A DNA stretch of 64,000 bases, from contig OZ234493.1 of the NCBI GenBank assembly GCA_965153455.1, forward strand, positions 17,164,213 to 17,228,212, written 5' to 3'. How positions within the stretch are numbered: position 1 is the stretch's first letter; each line of letters begins with the position of its first letter. The translations under genes and the position numbers were made by a program. The DNA is from Sphagnum compactum (lineage: Eukaryota). The notes under the pieces are model-generated. The model saw only the letters and a program-made list of their open reading frames with translations, did not search any database and was not told the origin of the DNA. Positions 13,401 to 26,779 of this stretch are shown here, in pieces.

Positions 13401-16400
13401 CATTGCATTACAACAAACTAAAAGAAATGGCAAAAGGATTGGCAAGAAAAGAGGAGAATTTGAAGTTTCAAGAATAAACAATCATCAACAACAAGAATGA
13501 CTTGCATGTAATATCCAAAACCAAGTTTTTGTACTTGCGCCCTTGAATATTCTGATTAAATTTAATATTGAGATGGATATATATGTTGACTTAACAACAA
13601 TTTCAATCTCCATTTGAAGAACCACATGTATGCAATGTTTATATAAGTATTTGTTAAGATGTTTGGCATCCTTGTCACATTATATATTCAAAAGGTGTTC
13701 AATTATTATATGTGTTGATGAAATGTGTGCACTAGGTTGAAAAGAATCAATCAATGTACTAACAATTGGTTAAGTTATGTAACCATAAAATGATTACTTT
13801 CAAAGAATGTCAAATATGCAAGTTGACTAAGATGAAAAAAATGTGTAGGGTTTCAAAATGAAGCTAATGGATGAAAAAAAAGCCTTAGAAATTATGATTA
13901 TAGAAGTGGAGGAACATGCTCTTATTTTGAAACATGAAAACACTTTACTCAAAGAAAATAAAATGAAGCAAAGAGAAGAAAGACAAATTTTAAAAGAGAA
14001 ACAAGAAATCTTGTAAACAAAAGAAGAGGAGTTATTAAATTTTGAAATAACATTAAAAAAGAAAGCAAAGATTCTTGAGGAGGATAATCAAACAATGTCT
14101 AAGCTAGAAATGCAAATTAAAGAACGTTTACATCAAGTTGCAAAAACAGAAGCAAAGACTTCTTTGTTTGAAAAAGGTACACTATTCATTGTGTTTTGAA
14201 TATGCAAATAGGGTGGATAAATGCAACTTATTTTAAATGAAAAATTATGAACAACTTTTTTATAATGCAAAAAGTTAACATGGAAAGATAAATATAAAGA
14301 TTTAAAATAATTTATCAAATATTTACTTAACATATGAGATTTTCAATGTTCAATTTTAGTTAAGTTGACATGGGTGTAGTGAATTTCTTGAAATCCTTTA
14401 TATTTAAGTTGTCTTTATTAGTTACCTACCTTTTTATTTTTAATTGTCAAGTTGCAAAATGCAAACACCTTGAGTATTGAACTCAAACAAAATGAAACAA
14501 TGGTACTTCTAAATGTGTGATTGATGAATAAATGTAATTGGTTGATTAGACATAGTCCTTTCAAATTAGGACTCCTATTTAAAAATTATTAAAAAATAGT
14601 TGAATACTAAAACAAGGAATTTGGTCATTTAATTATTTCATGTAATCTTAGAAGCCTTTAGGTTTATTTTGAAAAAAATTAAATAATAAATTACAATACA
14701 TAAATTCTCAATTATTTTTGCACGTTAAGTATTTGGACCCCCAACCTGCATAGTTATAATCATTAATTAATAATCTAACTTGATCTTGATGCTTCCAAAC
14801 AATATTATTGAATTTGTATTTTTTAGAATTGGAAAGGTTGCAAGAAGAACAATTTGTTCATGAAAAAGGATCATCAACATCTTGCATGTTTGAAATGGAA
14901 CATATGGAACAAGAAAAGTTTGTAAGTTAGAGACGACCAATCTTGCAAACGTTTTCATAAATCAATTTAATGACACGTACATAAAAATTAAACCTTATAA
15001 CAACTATGACCTCAAGAATCTTTTTTGACCATAAATCAAAATATAAATATTATGAATATTTCCATTATTGTAATTGGATGTTAAACATCTAAACTTCATA
15101 TTATGGTAGTACATGTTTAGGTTTGGCACTTGGGTGCCACATAATTATTTTATTTTTGAAAATCCACTTTAGTAATTAAAATAATAATAAATAAAATTTG
15201 GTGATAAACATAGGCAACTTCTTTGAATTTTTTTAGACTTTAACTCTCCAACACAATGAGACATTTAAAAACATTTTATACTATAATTTTTTGCAAAAGT
15301 GAAGGGACATAATGTTCCACCAAATTATAGGATAGAGAAACATTCTTAATTATTGAATACTTGTTCTACAAGTGGATTGGCCTAAAGTAAGAGGCTCCCA
15401 AGTTTCCACCAAGTTTTGTTTTGCCCTCCTTTATAATTTTAAAAAAAAAATTCAACATTTCAAATAGATAATTTCTAAAAAATTCAGCATTTCCAAAAAC
15501 AATTTAATTATTGCCTAACCTAAGAAGTTACTACAACATCTTTTATATGTTGGCAAATTGCAATAATTCCATTGAAAAGTGGACTTTAATTGAAATTACC
15601 CATATTGTGTAATGACCAATAATTTGATGGATAATTTTCAATAATGAAATGCATTAAACCATAGCAAGTGATGACTCCCACTAATAATTGTTAAGGTGTG
15701 GTTGAAGGAAATTAGGAAACATCCAAAGTTGATGGAGGACATTCATGCAAGGGAAGTTGCAATTGAATCTCATGAAGCAAAAGTAGCTGAAATAGAGGCT
15801 AAATTGTTGAAGTTTGAACAAGAAGGGAAATATCAAATCACAAAGGATATGCATGAGTTTTGAGAGCAAATAGGTTTTAGCATTGGTAAATTGGAAGAAC
15901 AACATCAACACATTGATGAAAAACATAAAAACATCGATGCAATTGCCACAAATATGATGAATGTAGATGTCAAATTGAAGAAAAAGGAAACATATATGAC
16001 TAAAAATGGGATATTGCAAAAAAAATGGATGTGCAATTCAACTTCAAACAATTTTGAGAATTGGAATGGATCATCAACCACAAAACCTATGCAAACATTG
16101 TTTGATGGAATTGAGTTTCATTGCCAATGCATGCACAAACATTTGGATATGGGAAAAATAGTAAGTTTTTTCTAGATGTTCAAATGTTATTTTTATGCAA
16201 ATCATGTAAAAATTCTAACACAAAAAGGAACTCAATTGTACAATAACATACAAATATAACTGTGTTGAATGGTTTGTAGGAAAAATTAGAATATGGAAAC
16301 ATGTTGGAGAATGAAACAAATTTGTTGCAAGTTGGATGCATTGTACTACACATGCAAAAGGAGGAGGGCATGGTTGAAAGCCAATTGGAGCACATACAAA

Positions 16401-17640
16401 GGATAATTGCAAAAAAACAACAAAGGTCTTGCAAGGTAGAGCTAACTTACAACTCCACCAACAAACTTTGGTATGCAAAACTAAAACTCATATTTAGTTC
16501 ATTCTTGGAACTTACGATAATCATGTTTTGCTTTTACTTATTACTTTTTTAATTACTTGAAAATCATATTTAATTTCATAGCTTACTGTTTTTTCTTGTG
16601 TTAATTATCACCAGGAAGAGACACGAAAAGCAATGCAAGAAGTGAAGGTTAACTTGACAACACAATTAAAGGTCACAAAGCAAATGGTTGAGGATGCTTC
16701 TCTTGTAGCACAAGCTACAACAAGGTTTCTTTCTTTGGACCATTCTATTTGTCACATCAATGCATTTTTTCATCATGTTCCAATTTTCATTAACAATAGC
16801 GAACTATATGTCATACAAAAACCTGCGAAAAAGTACATTAGCATTCAATGGGGGATGAATCTCAGAAAACCATCAATTTTGGTGGTAAACTGGGTTTCAT
16901 CATGTCTTTCCTTTTTCCTGAGTGCCTCCACTGTTGCTACATATATTTTTACTCGGCCTTAAGGGCAAAACTACTATAATTTGTCTTAAACCTTGTGCAT
17001 TAAATGCTGAATATTAGCATTTCATACTGCGATTTATTAAAATGTCTTTACATTGCGGAAACCACTGAAAGAGGGGATAGGGGGTGAATGGGGGCCCAAA
17101 GACAGGGTTACTTTACCAATAAATCTATTGTTTGTAACACATTTTAGTGAAGTGGCAAAATGTTAAATATTCTTTCAGAAAATTATTCTAACCAACATGT
17201 ATACAGATCCAACCACATACCACCAATTTGACACTTTAGGCCAAATGCAAGTTCAAACAAGTTTTGAAATATTAATTATGCAACGAAAATGCTCCCATGG
17301 AACATCTCACAATGTTGTATGTGCAGAGAAAGGGAGGCCTTAGAATTGGAAAGAAAACAATTGATGGATGCTAAAAAAGAATGGAATGTTATTGTCTGCT
17401 ACAAAAGAAGTAAGCCTAGACCTTGAGGCCGAATGTCTACAACACATGGAATATACAAATTGGAACAAGAGAAAGCGCAATCCTTGGAGACTAAGCATTG
17501 AGTTGCTGAAAAGGCATCGATGCTCGAAGGGACAAACTATCTAGGGAAAAATATTTGTAGACCTCATTTACACTTGAATATGCATATGCATTTCAGGAAG
17601 AAATCCAAGAAAATAAGGAACTAATAGGCAATTAGTTTCA
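7430..17640 (+). pseudogene. Large degenerate multi-exon gene for a long E/K/Q-rich coiled-coil protein
   Basis: Series of purine-rich exon-like blocks with ag/gt-like boundaries (about 10390-10970, 11400-12110, 12355-12600, 12707-12900, 13090-13310, 13850-14177, 15696-16030, 16281-16435, 16615-16724, 17328-17520). They encode heptad-rich peptide (e.g. ORF 11425-12084) with many stops and frameshifts. Family not recognised; ends approximate. Confidence 0.6.
9892..10229. mobile_element. MITE inside an intron of the coiled-coil pseudogene
   Basis: Imperfect ~27 bp TIRs GGGTACATTCACAAATTAAAGAACCA and TGGTTCCTTAATTCGTGAATGTACCT, with TA on both flanks. Confidence 0.7.
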
Positions 17641-17994
17641 TCTATTGAATGTGATCAATTGGGAAAGGCAGCAAGGGGATATGCAATTCAAAAGCATTCA
17701 TACTAAAATGATGATGGATCAATTTTATTATAGCTCAAGACTTGTTTCAAATGTTGAGGTCAATATCTCAAGTGCTAAGATGCATGGAAATCCAGAAAGG
17801 ACTAATGTGTTTTGGGGAAAATCATGATCCATGCGGGCTCACAACCTTAGAAAATCTCATCATAAAACATGGGTCATGAAGTGAGCAAGAGATTAGTAAC
17901 TTCAAAATAAATGGAGGATTGGAAGTTGTAAATTTTGATGTTATACATAGTGTTCAATGCACAACTTTTGGAATATTTGTTTCAGTTGTTGGTT

Positions 17995-18526
17995 TTGTTG
18001 AAATAGTTCCAGTGCCTTCTGGCCTTGCCCCCATTTCACATGTTCCAATATCATGGCTGTCCAAGTGACCAATCTGGAGATGACATCTTGTTGAACACTC
18101 TCCAAGCATCCTCCATGCTCCTACATTTTTCATGTTCATGTCAACAAGGCTACACCCCACAAAGACATTAGACTCACAACCACTTTGAATGATCTGTTCA
18201 TGAACATTCCTGCCATCTTCAGGTGCTACTAAACCAGCACGTGCCTTTATCACTTCAACAAAAGTGAATTCGTTGGGACTCATTCTTTCTTGTTGCATTT
18301 GTTGGAAAAGCTGGATCACCTTCTTAGGTTGCCCATCCTTAACATATTTTGTAAGCTCTTTATTCAATGCAAAAATGTTCAATTGCATTGTGCCTGGTGC
18401 CAAAACAACCCTATCTGCTGCCACACATGGTGGGTTTCTTTGGTCCTCAAGCCAGAGTCCTTCCTGCATCTTGAAATGTGTGATCCAGGTACCTTTCATT
18501 TGCCTACAATCAGCAATCCAGATCAA
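17995..18526 (-). pseudogene. PLS-class pentatricopeptide repeat (PPR) pseudogene, N-terminal part
   Basis: MQLNIFALNKELTKYVKDGQPKKVIQLFQQMQQERMSPNEFTFVEVIKARAG...VHEQIIQSGCESNVFVGCSLVDM, then a frameshift into WTAMILEHVKWGQGQKALELFQQ; truncated. Confidence 0.9.
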
Positions 18527-20969
18527 ACTGATCAGGCATGTATTCTCCCCACCCTAGGCATAAATGCTATATACGAATAGAGAAAGCCGAACTTACCTTC
18601 TCCATATTGAGAGAATATTATCACAGCATATTGCATTTACATGCCTCCTCCAGGCTATGGTATCCCAGGTCCTGTGCAAAGGATCTGAAAATAATTTCTG
18701 CCAAAGTTTAGACCATGGCAGGATAGCAACAAACAGAAGGCAGCAAGATTGACACCAACAGTCCTTTGAAAAGAATTTCTGCCAAAGTTTACACCATGGC
18801 AGGATGGAAATAAAGATAATGGAATAACACCAACACTTGGGAGCTCTGTGGCTCCATTGACATGTGAACTCTGACAGGATTGGTGTTCAGTTACCTTTTC
18901 TGATCTGTGATCCCAACAGGGCGAGGATCCATGAGGAACTCCCGCCACAGTCTCTCTTTCTGACCTGCAGGAACTGTCAAAAAACTTGCTATCAAATCAT
19001 GTACTTTGATCACATAGGAAGCCACGATGAGTTATTGCATCTTGCAGAAGTTGTACCCAATCTTTCGACTTTCGTCCGAAGATATCCCTATATTCAGTTC
19101 AAAAGGCTTTTCAGCAAAGAAAACATAAGTACTGTGAGAAGAAGGCAGTAGACACAGAGAGAGAGGAACAAAACAAAAAAACTTACAATTGCTTTGATCT
19201 TTGAGTACCGCCTTTGTGTCTACCCAGTGCGCGCTGGGACGAATTGCAGTGTATTGTAAAAGTTGTCGATACATATGATGCAAATGCGGGTGCGAGAGAG
19301 TTGCATCCTGCACACAACCATTGTACTCGCAGCACCGATGATGAAGAGGTTCGTTCGCAAAAACCTTGGCGATTGCTCTTCCCTCACAACCAGTACATGA
19401 GAAGAAGGTCCGAAGTGGACTCAAATGCAAATCCACTATCGAGCATCCGAAGCCGATCCAAATCCCATCTCTCTCCCACCACTACCACCTGTGCATTTCT
19501 CAGTCGGAGTGTTGCAGGTTGAAAGTCATTCTGAGGCTTCGTCCTCTCGCAATTGCCCTAAAACTCCCGCAATGGGCAGTTAACTTACCACAGCCTTACG
19601 CATGTTTCTGGCTCTGGCGCTTCCTAAGCCCCAGCCTTTGTGCGCGATGCTATCCTGAAGCTCTTGATAACATTAAGGAGCGAATGCCGCAATTGTGAAG
19701 ACAGCATTCCGTTGCGTAGAGAATAGGCTCAGGTGAGAGTAATCCAACTGGCTTGTTCGAGCTCCTTCTTTCGACCACCTTCTCCACCACTGTCTCGATG
19801 CTCACCATGAGGTACCACATCATCGGCATTATATCGATTCTGTTTTGGTAGGAGTCACGGCTCCATTTTGGGATTAAGAGCATGGTGATTTTTGCAACTT
19901 CATCTGTGATGACAAGAAGAGATTCTGTTGTGTTCATGGACGATATTGTGAAGGCTGAAGGGGGGATTTGCAAAACTTTATCAGCTTCCTTGAAGGGTAG
20001 AAGTACAGAGACCAAGTTTATGAGACTAAAATGAGAAGCTCTGATGCAGTCTATCGAAGAGTGCAGGTTCTTTAAATCCGACATCGGGTTCCATAGTGTG
20101 CTGCAGATGGAAAACCCTTTGCAACCAAGCATGCTGAGTCTCGTGTGCAGTTGATATGGCCTCTGTTGCTATCAGTCTGCAACTATCCTGCCAACACTGC
20201 TCAAGGCTCAGAGTTGATTGCCAAAGTACTTGGAGATGCACTCAAGACTGGGAGGCTGAGCTGAGGGTTCTCATTTGCTGCATCTCATATGTCACTTCGT
20301 TAGAGATTCCTAAGGTAGTACAGTTTCATCAACGACACCCAAATCAGTTCTACATTAGTCATAGATCCCCTAAATTCACCTTCATCACCATTCATAAGCA
20401 TTTGATCAAGGGGCTCTAGCCTTGTTTTCAGACCTACCTGCAAGGTTTGAGCATTTTCACAAAACAGACATTTTCTGAAATTTGCAGACAAATCCATGTG
20501 ACTGACTTTTAATGTCAGTAACAGGTGTTCTGTTGTAAACCTGTAGGTGACTTGTGCAGAGATTAGATTCGAATTTGGCTGTAAATGCTGAGGTATCAGG
20601 ACATGTGATTACAGATCAGTATGCTGAGATGGAAAGGATTCAGCATTCTCATGATTTGTGCACAACGAGTGCAAGTGACATACATCCAAATCCAGTATAA
20701 ATTTGCTTAGGATATATACAAATGCATACTAGATTTGCAGGTGCATGTCTTGCACATCAGCACACCTCTTATGTTTACCATAGTATGTATTGTGATGCCA
20801 AAACTTAGCTTGCAGCTCGACAACAAAGATTGTTGGGATCATTGAAGCCCCGCCTCTTGTGCAATTTTGCAGAACTTGCAAGTCTTTGTCTCACACAGTA
20901 ACATCTCTCATTCTGAACTTAATATGTCAAAACTAAACAAATTCATATGTAGATCACATAAGGCTGTTG

Positions 20970-21580
20970 TTAGTTAGACATCTGTGTGGGTATTAGCCTT
21001 GTAGACATGTATGTGGGAGGGGTCCTTCAAACGCCACAGTATTTGAGCATGAGATGTTGGCAAGGGCAAAAGGCATAACTATTGTCTCAAGAAGCAAAAG
21101 GATTGGACCCTGAGCCTATCACATTCATGGGCCTGCTGAATGCATGTGCTAGTGTAGAAGCAATGGAAGAAGGCATGTGTATTTTTTAATAGGCAATTGT
21201 TTGGGAGTCTGGTGTGTTTACAGGTCATAGTCTCACTGATATATACATCAAATGTGGGGCATAGAGGATGCATGGAGAGTGTTCAACAGGACACCAACAT
21301 GAAATGTGGTCTCTTGGAATGCCCGCTTTTGGGACATGTGAGATTTGGGCAAGGACAGAAGGCACCATTGAAACTCTTTCAACAATTGCGACAAGAAGGG
21401 GCACAGGCAGACTCTGCCAACTTTGCTGGGGTGCTCAATGCATGTGCACTATTGTAGCTGCACTCATGGAGATGCTCTGACAAGAAGATGAGTCAAAGTG
21501 GTTATGAGTTTGAATGTTCTTTTGGCCCATAGCCTTATTGACATATATGCCAAATGCATTCATGCAGAATATATTTGGCA
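20970..21580 (+). pseudogene. Degenerate PLS-class PPR pseudogene
   Basis: Fragments SLVDMY, GQKA, ITFMGLLNACASVEAMEEG, GHVRFGQGQKAPLKLFQQLRQEG...FAGVLNACA, separated by frameshifts and stops. Confidence 0.85.
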
Positions 21581-24500
21581 TATTCAAGCCCAAGTGCATC
21601 TGGCTACTGAGGTGAATCCACTGATGTGCCATAACTGGATGAATGTTTGGGATAGAGGACACTGAGTAATGAATTGCATCGCACTGATCAAAACACCATT
21701 CACGTCACTTGCATTGAATACCATAATTGAGGAATAGTTAATAATCACACATGGGGGTGAAAGCACACTACAAGGGGTTATTTTGGGCACTTTCACAACA
21801 TGTATGTAATCTATATTTCTACAAAATGTGTTGCATTTAATTTTGGGTTTCACTTTTGGTGTTTGGGCTTGATATTTTGATTTTCACAAAGTTAATGATA
21901 TATAATATTATTAGAATTTTTTTTTAAAGATTAAGTTCAAGGAATAATGGGTATATTTATGGTATATGTAGTATAATAGAGTTTATTTCTATTTTTGGAC
22001 TATAATAGGTTTGGTTTTGCAAAAATCAGCAAAAAGATGTTTGAAATGAATTTTTTTTAAATGACTCACCTCACATATCTTGTCATTTTCCATTTGAAAA
22101 TGATAGTTTATTAAAATGTTAATTTACCACATACTTATGGTCATCGCCCTCAAAAACATTTATTTGTGATATGATGATTATCAAACTTTTCACATGGCTC
22201 ACAAACTTATTGCAATCATATGGAATCACAATGCTTAATAGATACTAAAAATTTCTTAAAGATTAAAAATCATTTCAATCATTTTTTGAATATATTTTCT
22301 TTTTTTGGTACGTTGTGACGTACATATTTTTGGCACAAATATAGTTTAACATCACATCATATTAGATTTAAAAATGTAGTTTCTTTGGAATTTGACTTAT
22401 TTGGGCAATTCCTTGAGCTGGCTTCAGATGGTGATCAGTTATCATGCACTGCTATGCAAATGCTGTTGGTAATGTTCTGCAGCTCAATGCACTTTACAGT
22501 TATTTGAAATTTTGTTTCACGGCATTTCAATTCTGGGCATCAGCACATAAGAAGGCAGTCAGTGGCGGTATTCAATTCTGAAGTTCAAGAAGAAGTTGGT
22601 TGGTTGACATTGAACATGACAGGTATGTTACATGCTGCTGGAGGAGAAAGCAGACTGCATCTTGACTTGTACTGGCCAAGAAGAGGTTGGGAGTTGCAGC
22701 AGTCATCAACGAGCAGTGCTCAGTGCAGTAGACCAGCTCCAGATTGTGAATGCAGTTGGTTCATGTATGCTAGGAGCTTCGATGGAGACAGAAAACTTGT
22801 TAGTGTTGTGTTGGTGAGAAAGGTGCTGTAAGTACTTATACTGATGTGATAGTTTCACCTTTTATAAAGCTTGTTTTTTCTTCATGACTACTCAACACTG
22901 TCTATGTTCAATACTATTCATGCCAATTGTTGTGTCTTGTTTTTATTACAAAGAACCAGTGATCAGTGTGTGGCCCTCTATAGACTTTGCTGTCTGTCAT
23001 AGGTGAGCTTCACATTCAATGGTCTTCTTGGGAAGGACTCATTTCACAATCACAAGGTCATTCAGGTGTTTGAAGGGGACTTTTGTTTTCGGGCTGTAAC
23101 ATATATCTATGTTTCTGTGTTTGCAAAGACCTTCCAGCGTTTTCTGAAGGCATGAACGAAATGTGATCTGATTTGAGGTGAACTTTGAAGAATCACTGAA
23201 AAGGGCTCTCAATCTGGAAGCTTTTGTTTTTTCTCTCTTGCTTTGCTAGGCTCCTTTACATTTCATGGGATTTTATGAAAGAGAAGTCTGAAAAAGACGA
23301 TCTAATTCAGGCTATCTAAAGAAGCAGCTATCCAAAGGTATTGTATTGTTAGGAGGGTTTGATGATTGAAAGCATCAATTATGTGATCATCCAGGGTGAA
23401 GCACTCCAACAGTGATCTTTCTACTTACCTCATAATTGTTTAGTTGAGGATCACTTGGGGGCACAGGGGTGAGAAAGAAAAACCTTTTTAATCAAATCAT
23501 ATGCAACTGCGTGAAGCTTTTAGATCATCCAGTATCTCAATACTGTACTATTGCACCAAAATAATGAATCACATAGCGATTGTTCGAACAGGCTAGATTT
23601 TCTGAAAGAGGACTCCAAGCTGGAGTGAGAACGAGGTGTGAATTTTTCAAAGCAATTGCACTTCTTTTGTTGTCGCCAGATGCAAGAAAGGTTCTCGGAA
23701 GCACCGCAACCAAAACATAGTGCCATTATGTTCCATGTAGACATCTAACGCCCTGGACTTACCTCCTGTCCCCAGAGTAGGGGTTTCGACACTGTTACTG
23801 CCTCAATGCATTGAGAGAGAGAAAGAGAACTTTTCTGTCTCCGGTTCGTCGATGGAGAAACCGGAATTATCTCGCAATACTGGATCCTACTATCCTCCGA
23901 CGATTGTGCAAAGAATATCGAATGGTGATATCTGATGATTTTCATTATATGAACAATGCCTTTCGGTCCTCGACTTCATTATCCCCTAGAAGAACCTAGA
24001 GGAATTTCACAAACAGGAAGACAGCGAAGGTCTCAGTAGTTTTGCTTCCACAGAGCTGGCAAGTCTCTGACAAGACTCGCTTTCCGGAACAAAGCATTAT
24101 CAAACATGACAGACCCATTTCGAGCACGATCCACATCTGATAACCTACGGCAAAACACAAAACAACCGTCTGCTGCGCATATGGAAAAGCCGAGCTGCTG
24201 GATTGCAAATCAAGCTGGAAGGAAAAGAAATGAAAAAAGCAGAAAAACTTACGGCTAGTAAGGCCGTCGCCAAGAGGATCTAACAATGTAAAATCAAAGA
24301 AAAACGAAGCGGACAGACACTCCAGCGACACGGGCCTGTTCTTTTCTTTGCACGCACTAGTATCCAGACCGGGTCGACGAAGTTAGCAGGACCCGTAAAA
24401 CATCTGAGTTTGGATATCATTTGTGCGCACAAGAGTCGACGTGCGCAGCTACAGCTGCACGACGCTTGAAAATTCTAGGTTATGGAGTTTAAGGTTCACG

Positions 24501-26019
24501 AGATCTACAACCACAAAACTCAGTCTCGCAAGGAACCCTACTCTTCAAATCGGCGAAGTCGCCAATACCAGAGAGACAACGTCGCTCAAAGGAAACGTAT
24601 TTAGGCACGTACACCACCTATTTATTAAGGATGAGAGTTGTAAGGAGTGACAAAGCTTATGGGTTGTTGGGCGTCCGATAAAAACCGTAATGGCCTCTGC
24701 CATCTGGCTGGTGCCAACAAATCTAAACGGTGTTGGTGCAGAAACGATCAGAAATCAGAAAACTCCCTATAAACCCCCAACATAATTCCCCTTCTGTCTC
24801 GCTACAGAGGTTGTCACGAGGGTACAAACTTCTCCACGCCGAAACGCTTCCCCCCCGGTCTATATACATGAGGTTACGAGGGAAGAATTTTGGGTTTAGG
24901 ATATAGGAGAAAGTGTGGTACCATTTCTTGTGATCAGAAATGAGAAGGATCTCAACACTAAACAATCACAAATCAGGTGATCCGGCAGATAATACCCGAC
25001 AGATGGTGACATTTCAGTAATCATTGCATGATCTTCTGCGATTTCTGTCTTGTGGAGGAAAATCTTGATGAACAGAGAGAGGGGGGCCTTTGTAGACCTT
25101 AGAAGGTTTTGGTTGCAATTCCTCCCGTGTTCCAGAAAGGAGAGAGGAAATAACTTTGGATCACCTAATAGGAGAACACGACAACCTAGTCTTATCTTCA
25201 CAATCTAGTTCTCATCTTTCTTTTCCTGTTGCAGCCTCGTTGAGACACTTGCTGGCATCACCAACAGTGCCTGCAAGCACCAAAGACCCGAGAAAAATGG
25301 ATTAAATTTGCATTCTTGACTGAGATTGTTCTCGAAGGTTTTATACGTGCAATGTGCAGCCAGTGTGGAGGTGGTTGTTGTCCAGATTCTTGAAGACACA
25401 AAGAGTTCTACAAAACTGTAGCTGATGAGGCCCATGTGCAAATCTATTTGCCGACCAGCTTTCTTGCTGCGGTGACAGAAGCAACAACACTTCTTATATA
25501 GCACCAATTCCATACCTCTGCACCAACAATCTTGCCAATCATCAAATAAAACACTCACCTTACTCTTTGAATTTTCAGCAGCAATTCCAATCATAAGATG
25601 TTCTTACATGGTCTTCTACTTCAATTTGAGATGCTCTTTACAAATGTCTGTAACTCAATTACAGTAGCGACAAGTTAAAACCCTCACAATATTAGTTATT
25701 TTTACATGGCCATGGGAAAAAATTAATTATCCTGACGATCTAAGGGAAGACCTTTTGCAGGAAAATAATAAAATCATATCACCACCATAGTGTCCAGCAG
25801 ATAGATTCCTGTTGATTATATTTATGAGTTTCACTTCATTATTTCTCTACGGGAAAAGCACACTGCGGGATCTGAAAAATTTAATGAAGGGTTTTGCAGG
25901 AATTAAAAATTTGTCTCCCATTGGCATGGGAAAATTATGTGAGAAAATTTAATTATTTGCATTCTTCAGAAAGTCGGGTTTAACATATCTCTACAGTATT
26001 CACTTCTTTCAGGCAGAGA

Positions 26020-26735
26020 CCTGACTGTATGTTCACACCAGGCTCTTCTATTCTGAGTAATTCAATATTTGCTTTGAGATCCCATTTGCCACCAGCAAGG
26101 GGCTTGATTGCAGCCCATAGCCTGCAGCATTGCCAGGTTCTAAATCCAGAATTCAACTGGCAACTTGTTCTCCCATCTCCCAATTATAATGAACTCTGCA
26201 AACCATGAGTAAGGCCATCCACACAAGGCCATTTGGTTTGCAGGACATTGTATTGATGAAATCCTCTGCCTCTTGCAGATGGCTAGCATTACCAATCAGA
26301 TCAAACCATGCAGGCACAGTTCTCCACTTTTGTGGAAATGCCATAAACTGACCCTATGGATTCAAAGTAGAGCATGCCTTCATGAAAAAGGCCTCCATTG
26401 ACTACATGCTGACAGAAGAGCAATAAAAGCATCCGTATCTATTACTACTCCTTAAATCCTTAGGAATCTCTTGAAAACATACAAGAGCTTCTGTTGCTTG
26501 TCCCATGCATGGCATAACCTCCAAGCACAGCTGTCCAAGAGAACACATCATGTGTTCATCATGACTTGTTGAACATTCTTCTGCATGTCTTCTAAGCTTC
26601 CACATTTTGCATACATGACAATGAAACTACTGTCCACAAGGACACTCCACTCATAGCCAATTTGAATGATCTCTTCATGAATACAACTACCCTCTTCAAG
26701 TGCAACAACACTTGTACAAGCATTCATGAGTCCTT
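26020..26735 (-). pseudogene. PLS-E class PPR pseudogene, C-terminal part
   Basis: GLMNACTSVVALEEG..IHEEIIQ..MYAKCGSLED; HLQEAEDFINTMSCKPNGLVWMALLMVCRVHYNWEMGEQVA; LEPGNAAGY; GKWD (E domain); multiple frameshifts. Confidence 0.9.
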
Positions 26736-26779
26736 CACTAGTTGTGGCATCCACACAGGTTATATCTTGTGGCACACTT

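Noticed and set aside
19032-20497. Cluster of 100-160 aa ORFs on both strands
   Set aside because: No recognisable domain or consistent frame; product cannot be supported.
26736-26745. CACTAGTTG as left TIR pairing with 28327
   Set aside because: TIRs disagree beyond CACTA and the flanks (CTT vs TTT) do not match exactly.
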